The position numbers and the translations under genes were made by a program. The notes below the pieces were generated by a model. The model was not told the origin of the DNA. It did no database searches and saw only the letters and a program-made list of their open reading frames with translations. Positions 58,842-64,000 of a stretch of DNA of 64,000 nucleotides are shown here, piece by piece. This stretch comes from Candidatus Acidiferrales bacterium (lineage in GTDB: Bacteria > Acidobacteriota > Terriglobia > Acidiferrales > UBA7541): positions 865,201 through 929,200 of the forward strand of contig CAVWYZ010000014.1 of NCBI GenBank assembly GCA_963759275.1. The letters are read 5' to 3'. The first letter of the stretch is position 1; each line of letters starts with the position of its first letter.

Positions 58842-60416
58842 CTATTCGAAACCGGATGGCGCCACAAATCCGCCCTGTACCCGTGCCAGCAGCTTCGCAA
58901 AGACAATTGGCGTGGCGTCTTCCCAATACGGTCCCATGATTTGCAGCCCGATCGGCAAGCCGCCCTCGCCTCGTCCGACCGGCGCTACCGTCGCCGGACA
59001 TCCGGTCAGTGTCGCAGGTGCGATCCACCGCAACATATCGTTGTACGCGCGCGGCCCGTGTACCGTTGCGATCGTGCGCTTACTGTGCGGTTCGCTGTGG
59101 TCATGAACAAACGCGCTGGTAAATGCTACGGGCGATAGGAACACGTCGACCTCGTCGAAATAGCTCTGCCACTCCGCGCGATATCCCAGCCGCCGGAAGT
59201 TTTGCTGTTGCCAGTCGGCAAAGCTCGCCAGACCCGGCACTACTTTGCCGCTCGCTGCGGCCTCTTTCCGCTCCACCTCTTGCTGCTCTGCTGGCGCAAC
59301 GCTGAACATGAACGCATTCAGATGAAAATTATAATTCTGGCATAGCTCATCAATCTTGAATCCTGCGGGCCAGCCGCTTTTCAGCTTGGCACCCGCTTTC
59401 TCAAGTTTCTGGATCGTATTCTCCAGCACTGCTTTGGTTTCCGAAGTCACTGGACAATAGGGATCGTCCAGCACGTAGCCGACCCGAAACTCCCGCAAGC
59501 TTTCGTGTCGCGCCGCGGGCAGTTCCCATTTCCACGCTTTCGCGGAGTAGTCCGCAGGACCGCCCAGAAAACGCAATGCTGCCAGCAAATCCTCCGCGCT
59601 TCGCGCCAGCGGACCGCCTACTGCCAGCAGAGTCGAGAAACCCGGAGCTTGGCGCTGCCCGCCCGGGAAGTGTCCCTGCATGTCTATCAGATCCAGAGTC
59701 GGCTTGTGCCCGTAGACGCCGCAGAAATGCGCTGGCACGCGAATCGATCCCCCGATGTCGCTGCCCACGCTCAAGTAGCCGAGGCCTGCAGCCAGAGCTG
59801 CAGCGGTCCCGCCGGAGGATCCTCCCGGCGACCGCTTCACATCCCACGGATTGTTTGTTGTGCCGTAAATCTGGTTGTAGCTTTGCCAATCGTCCAGCCC
59901 GAGCGGAACATTCGTCGCCCCAATCAGCACCGCGCCCGCGCCCCGGAACCGCGCCACAACCTCCGAATCGCTTGACGCCCTGGAGTCTTTCAACGCCGGA
60001 ATTCCCCAGGTACAAGGATGCCCCGTCACTGCAAAACTTTCCTTTACGTGAACCGGCACGCCGTGAAGGACGCGGAGCGATTTCCCGCTTGCCTGCGTTT
60101 CATCCGCTCGCTTCGCCTGTGCGAACGCGTCTTCACGAAGTTGATATGCAAACGCATTCAGTTTCGGATTGTATTTGTCGATCCGCGCGAAGGTTTGTTG
60201 CGTCAGCTCGAACGAGGAAATGTGCTTTTTGCGAATCGCCTCAGCAGCTTCCAGCGCCGACGCGAATTCCAGCCGTCCGGCCGGACTGGCGGTCGGACCA
60301 ATAACATTCGCGTTGGCGCTACCCGCTTCGACATCGGATACGCCGTTTTCGGCAAAAACTGGAAGACCCGCCGCCAAACCCAGAGATACAGTGCTGACAA
60401 AATCTCGTCGATTCAT
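58842..60416 (-). CDS. Amidase-signature family amidase with a Tat signal peptide
   Basis: MNRRDFV Tat motif; GVP.HVKES, PGGSSGG, GSDIGGSIRVPA and GLPIG.Q motifs. Confidence 0.9.
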   Translation of the reverse strand: MNRRDFVSTVSLGLAAGLPVFAENGVSDVEAGSANANVIGPTASPAGRLEFASALEAAEAIRKKHISSFELTQQTFARIDKYNPKLNAFAYQLREDAFAQAKRADETQASGKSLRVLHGVPVHVKESFAVTGHPCTWGIPALKDSRASSDSEVVARFRGAGAVLIGATNVPLGLDDWQSYNQIYGTTNNPWDVKRSPGGSSGGTAAALAAGLGYLSVGSDIGGSIRVPAHFCGVYGHKPTLDLIDMQGHFPGGQRQAPGFSTLLAVGGPLARSAEDLLAALRFLGGPADYSAKAWKWELPAARHESLREFRVGYVLDDPYCPVTSETKAVLENTIQKLEKAGAKLKSGWPAGFKIDELCQNYNFHLNAFMFSVAPAEQQEVERKEAAASGKVVPGLASFADWQQQNFRRLGYRAEWQSYFDEVDVFLSPVAFTSAFVHDHSEPHSKRTIATVHGPRAYNDMLRWIAPATLTGCPATVAPVGRGEGGLPIGLQIMGPYWEDATPIVFAKLLARVQGGFVAPSGFE

Positions 60417-60427
60417 GTGTGGTCCTT

Positions 60428-60637
60428 TCATGTGTGAATGATAAGGCAGACGATCCCGCCCGGTTCAAAGTCATAGGTTGTGGACCACTTGCCCGCGAGC
60501 GCCTTTTCCAAGCTCTGCATCTCGGCCGGAGGTTGCGGAGCATTGCTGAGAGACTGGTCGAGTGCTTTTTCAAAGCAGGCCACCCACATGGTCAGAAGGC
60601 CGACCCAGATTAGCCCGATCCTGAGCATCGTCTTCAT
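60428..60637 (-). pseudogene. 5' fragment of a secreted protein gene
   Basis: Signal peptide + PQPP.EMQSLEKALAGKWSTTY.FEP, abruptly fused into the amidase upstream region. Confidence 0.4.
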
Positions 60638-60678
60638 AGAAACTTCCTTTTCAAAATGTTCCTTCTGGAATCTCCCGG

Positions 60679-62199
60679 TTAGTCCACCCCGACAAGGCCA
60701 CGGACAGCCTGAAACAATTTCGCCGAGCTGTAGCCGACGCCATTGCGGAAGACAATATTGACACTACGAATGTCGGAGACATTTTTTGAGGGATCGCCGG
60801 TTACGACGACTAGATCCGCTTGCTTTCCTTTCGCGATGGTGCCGATACGGTCATTTTGTCCGAGGTATTCCGCGCCGTTGGCCGTTGCGATGTGAATCGC
60901 TTCCACAGGAGTAAAACCTGCTTTGACGAGCAACTCAATTTCGCGCTGATCGGCATAGCCCGCGACCGTACCGCCGTCACCGGTAGGATCGGAGCCCGCG
61001 AGGAGAAGGCCTCCCGCAGCGACGAAGTCGCGCTCGAACTGCATTTCCTTGCCCATAAGGTGATGCATGACGATTCTCGGCAGGACGACCTTTCTTATGA
61101 TTCGGTAGATTAGCGCGCTCTTAAAGCAAAGCGCGCGCATCTCGCGATCCTCGAGGGCAGACATGGGCTGGAGGTTGTCGGTCGCATCCTCAAATACGGC
61201 CATGGTCGAGGTGATTGCCACGTGGCGCTCTACGAGGTGATGGATTAATCGCTGCACTTCCGGGCTTTCCACGTCAACGCGTGCGTCGAAGTCTTTTTCG
61301 GCGGCTCTGTCTGGAGGGCAAACGCCCGGTTGTTTCCCCGGGAAAAATTCCGTGTCAACTCCAAGTCCGTGCTCAAGACCGTCAATTCCCATGTCGGCCG
61401 CCTCTGTGAATCCCACCGAGCACAGGTGCCCTGTAATTTTCAGACCCTTGCTGTGCGCTTCGTCGATGGCGGCTTTGAGTTCTTCCGGCGTGAGATGTAT
61501 ATAGGCTTTGAAGGAAGTCATGCCCTCGGCGGCGCCATGGTCAACGGCGCGACGGACTTCGTCCGGGCTGGCGAGGGCGTGCATTTGCGAAAAAGTGAGC
61601 GGGTTGGATTCCAGATATGGCGCGGTGAGAAACATGTCTGGCCCGGGGTGTTGGCCGGAATCGATGGCGCGCTTGATGGCAAGGTCGGCCTGTGCATCGA
61701 TACTCCCGGCAGTGCGGAGAGTGGTTACGCCCGCTGCCAGATACAACAGCGGAAACGAAACAGGCTGCTCTACCAAGAGAATCTTGCTTGGCTTGCTGTC
61801 GGGTGAAATAGTAAAAAGATGCTCGTGAAGCATCACGAGGCCGGGGAATACGGTTTTGCCAGAAAGATCGAGAACGCGCGCGCCCGGAGGCACGGAGACC
61901 GATGACGACGGGCCGAGATCGGCGATCTTTCCGTTGTCGAGTATTACCGCTTGGTTTTCTAGCGCTGGTGATCCTGTGCCGTCTATCATCCGTGCATGGA
62001 TCAGCGCAATCACCGGCGCGTTCTCGACAATGAAGGCCGATGGCGGTCGCTGAGCGGCTCTCAAGTGGTAGGCGCGCGATATGCGCGTTCCCGCCCATAC
62101 CAGCACAAGGACTAAAATCACGAAAAGACTAGCGCGGAAAACCCACTTCCAAAATGAACGAAACGCACTCATCGGCCGCCCCTCCTTGTGGTGATGCAA
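60679..62199 (-). CDS. Metal-dependent amidohydrolase, paralog of 45219-46691, with an N-terminal TM anchor
   Basis: MIDGTG, PGLVMLHEH, GVTTLRTAG, FKAY, GHLCS, LEHG, GSDPTG, GKQADLV. Confidence 0.88.
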   Translation of the reverse strand: MHHHKEGRPMSAFRSFWKWVFRASLFVILVLVLVWAGTRISRAYHLRAAQRPPSAFIVENAPVIALIHARMIDGTGSPALENQAVILDNGKIADLGPSSSVSVPPGARVLDLSGKTVFPGLVMLHEHLFTISPDSKPSKILLVEQPVSFPLLYLAAGVTTLRTAGSIDAQADLAIKRAIDSGQHPGPDMFLTAPYLESNPLTFSQMHALASPDEVRRAVDHGAAEGMTSFKAYIHLTPEELKAAIDEAHSKGLKITGHLCSVGFTEAADMGIDGLEHGLGVDTEFFPGKQPGVCPPDRAAEKDFDARVDVESPEVQRLIHHLVERHVAITSTMAVFEDATDNLQPMSALEDREMRALCFKSALIYRIIRKVVLPRIVMHHLMGKEMQFERDFVAAGGLLLAGSDPTGDGGTVAGYADQREIELLVKAGFTPVEAIHIATANGAEYLGQNDRIGTIAKGKQADLVVVTGDPSKNVSDIRSVNIVFRNGVGYSSAKLFQAVRGLVGVD

Positions 62200-62271
62200 C
62201 TCTCAGTTTCATCTTCACTCACCATCGATATGTAGAACTCAGTGGAGCATTTTATTCGAGCGATTGAACTG

Positions 62272-63903
62272 CTAACGAACGGTCAACAATTTGGAGTCGT
62301 AGACAACGTAGCCACCGACCATTGTCAGAATGGATTCGGTTTTCGGCAGATCCTGTGGCGACACCTGGAAAATGTCTTGCGAGAGCACGGCGAGATCAGC
62401 GAGTTTGCCGGGCTCCAGGCTCCCTTTCTCTTTTTCAGCAAACTCGGCGTAGGCCGCAGTCAGCGTGTAGGCCACCACCGCTTGCTCGCGTGTTATCGCT
62501 TCTGATGGACGGTCTCCATGGATTGTCGCGAACATAATATTCAAAAACGGATTTGTGGGGCCGTCCGACCCAAGCGCCACGGGGATTCCCGCAGCCAGTA
62601 GCGATCTTAGCGGTTGGGCTTTGCTAAATGCGGCACCTCCAGAGCTGGCAACGCTGGATAAACCCATCAGGTGCGAGGGGTTTTGCACTACTACAATTCC
62701 GTACTCCTTCACCCTGCCCACAAGGTCCGGAAACAGGCTGTCACCGTGCTCAAATCTCACGCGCCGGCCCGCCCAGACGCTTTTTCCACCTGTCGCATCC
62801 ATCGCGTCAAGGACTGCCTTCGCGGCACGATAACCCGAAACATGCAGGATGAGCTGATCGTTGTCTTTAAGTGATTCCTTCAACATGGCCGCGATCTCTT
62901 TTTCCGGGAACGTCAGCGGCAAGTCCCCGAAAATATCATCGAAGGGCGGAGAAGTTGGCATTTTGATTGCCTCGCGCGGAGTAAACGTTCCTTCGATCGG
63001 CACTCCATCCGTCATCCACTTCGTTCCACTCACCGTGATCAACCCATTGGGATTCCGTGGCACTCCCTTACCTTCTTCAATGTCCCTTCCTGCGGCTGTC
63101 GTTCCCGGCATCCGAATTACGCGGATCCTAATACGTGTGGGAACTTCTTCAAGTAACGCCACGGCACGCGCGGGAGGAATTCCATTCGACATATCTTGAA
63201 TTGAAGTGATCCCGAATCTCTCCGCGTCGTCGAGCGTAGACCGGAGTTGAGCGACCGCATCTTTTTCCGGCACCGCATTCTCGACGGTTCGATCCATGTC
63301 TATGCCGGCGTACTCCCGCACCACGCCAGTTAGCCTACCCCTCGCATCGCGCTCAAAGCGTCCTCCCACGGGATCCGCTTGATTGTCCGCAATACCAAAA
63401 AACCTGAGCCCAGCGCTGTTTAGAATGAATCCATGGCCGGTTAAGGTAACCAAAAGGACCGGATTCTCGGGTGCTACCTTGTCGAGCGAATTCCTATTGA
63501 CGGAAACATCTTGAAAGATCGCGGACCCGATTGTGACCACAATCAATGACTTGTTGGGAGATTTACCTGACGTCGCGGCTATGGCATCTCTGACCTCATC
63601 CCATTTGGGGTTCATTGTTTTCAGGTGCACTTCCACTTCATTTACTGGCTGGAGCTCCAGGTGATTGTGCGCGTCGTTTATGCCGGGGATTACCGTGCGG
63701 CCGGCAAGATCAATTTGTTTTGTCTGCGGGCCAGCGAGAGATTTTATTTTTACAGAATCGCCGATACCGATGATCCGCTCGCCGCGTATGGCCAGTGCTT
63801 CGACGTATGGCTGGCCAGAATTGCTGGTAAATATTTTGCCGTTGAACAAGATCAGCTCCGGTGCAGATTGCTGGCCATGACCGGCGGAGCACAAGAACAG
63901 CAA
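62272..63903 (-). CDS. Amidohydrolase_3 (YtcJ-like) protein, start uncertain
   Basis: LILFNGKIFT, DLAGRTVIPGINDAHNH, KWMTDG, LHVSG, RFEHG, GSDGP, EKGSLEPGKLADLAVL. Confidence 0.85.
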   Translation of the reverse strand: MLFLCSAGHGQQSAPELILFNGKIFTSNSGQPYVEALAIRGERIIGIGDSVKIKSLAGPQTKQIDLAGRTVIPGINDAHNHLELQPVNEVEVHLKTMNPKWDEVRDAIAATSGKSPNKSLIVVTIGSAIFQDVSVNRNSLDKVAPENPVLLVTLTGHGFILNSAGLRFFGIADNQADPVGGRFERDARGRLTGVVREYAGIDMDRTVENAVPEKDAVAQLRSTLDDAERFGITSIQDMSNGIPPARAVALLEEVPTRIRIRVIRMPGTTAAGRDIEEGKGVPRNPNGLITVSGTKWMTDGVPIEGTFTPREAIKMPTSPPFDDIFGDLPLTFPEKEIAAMLKESLKDNDQLILHVSGYRAAKAVLDAMDATGGKSVWAGRRVRFEHGDSLFPDLVGRVKEYGIVVVQNPSHLMGLSSVASSGGAAFSKAQPLRSLLAAGIPVALGSDGPTNPFLNIMFATIHGDRPSEAITREQAVVAYTLTAAYAEFAEKEKGSLEPGKLADLAVLSQDIFQVSPQDLPKTESILTMVGGYVVYDSKLLTVR

Positions 63904-64000
63904 CGCGAAAATTGTGAGCCATTCTCAGTGTTGCCGTCGGCAAGCTCCGCGAAGCACTTGGCGATGATGCGGAGAACCCCCGATTCGTCGAAACCGTACC

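Noticed and set aside
28000-64000. Intact prophage, IS or integron explaining the mosaic
   Set aside because: No integrase, transposase, structural phage gene or attC-like (RYYYAAC...GTTRRRY) array was recognisable.

Overview
This 64-kb window looks like chromosomal DNA from an Acidobacteriota (Terriglobia-like) bacterium. That is an inference from the Oar-type TonB receptor, the wHTH-TolB-TPR and kinase-TolB gene families and the small CxxC proteins. (1) 1-19 kb: a co-oriented, Pel/galactosaminogalactan-like exopolysaccharide locus. It encodes a 5'-truncated Ig-stalk protein carrying an Agd3/CE18-like deacetylase, a HlyD-like periplasmic adaptor with an ExeB-like N-terminus, a PelF-type GT4, a PelA-like TIM-barrel hydrolase, a PelG-like flippase, an unknown multi-pass membrane protein and an ExeA-like ATPase. 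Two He_PIG/beta-helix surface proteins follow; they share a ~1.96-kb near-identical direct repeat and flank an ECF sigma factor. (2) 22-27.7 kb: bacterioferritin plus a complete group 3b [NiFe]-hydrogenase operon with a stand-alone cNMP-binding gene. (3) 28-64 kb: an accessory mosaic with two toxin-antitoxin modules, a PQQ quinohemoprotein ADH bearing a lanthanide-type D-x-D motif behind a ~120-nt structured element, a TonB receptor, a GT-C/TPR protein, a Tat amidase and three amidohydrolases. This part also holds an unusually dense set of gene fragments (gltA tail, kinase/TPR tails, tRNA-Asp half, TspO, AsmA, REC, MarR, LuxR, deleted kinase). I found no CRISPR array, integrase, transposase, complete tRNA or rRNA. 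All calls come from motif recognition by eye; no searches were run.
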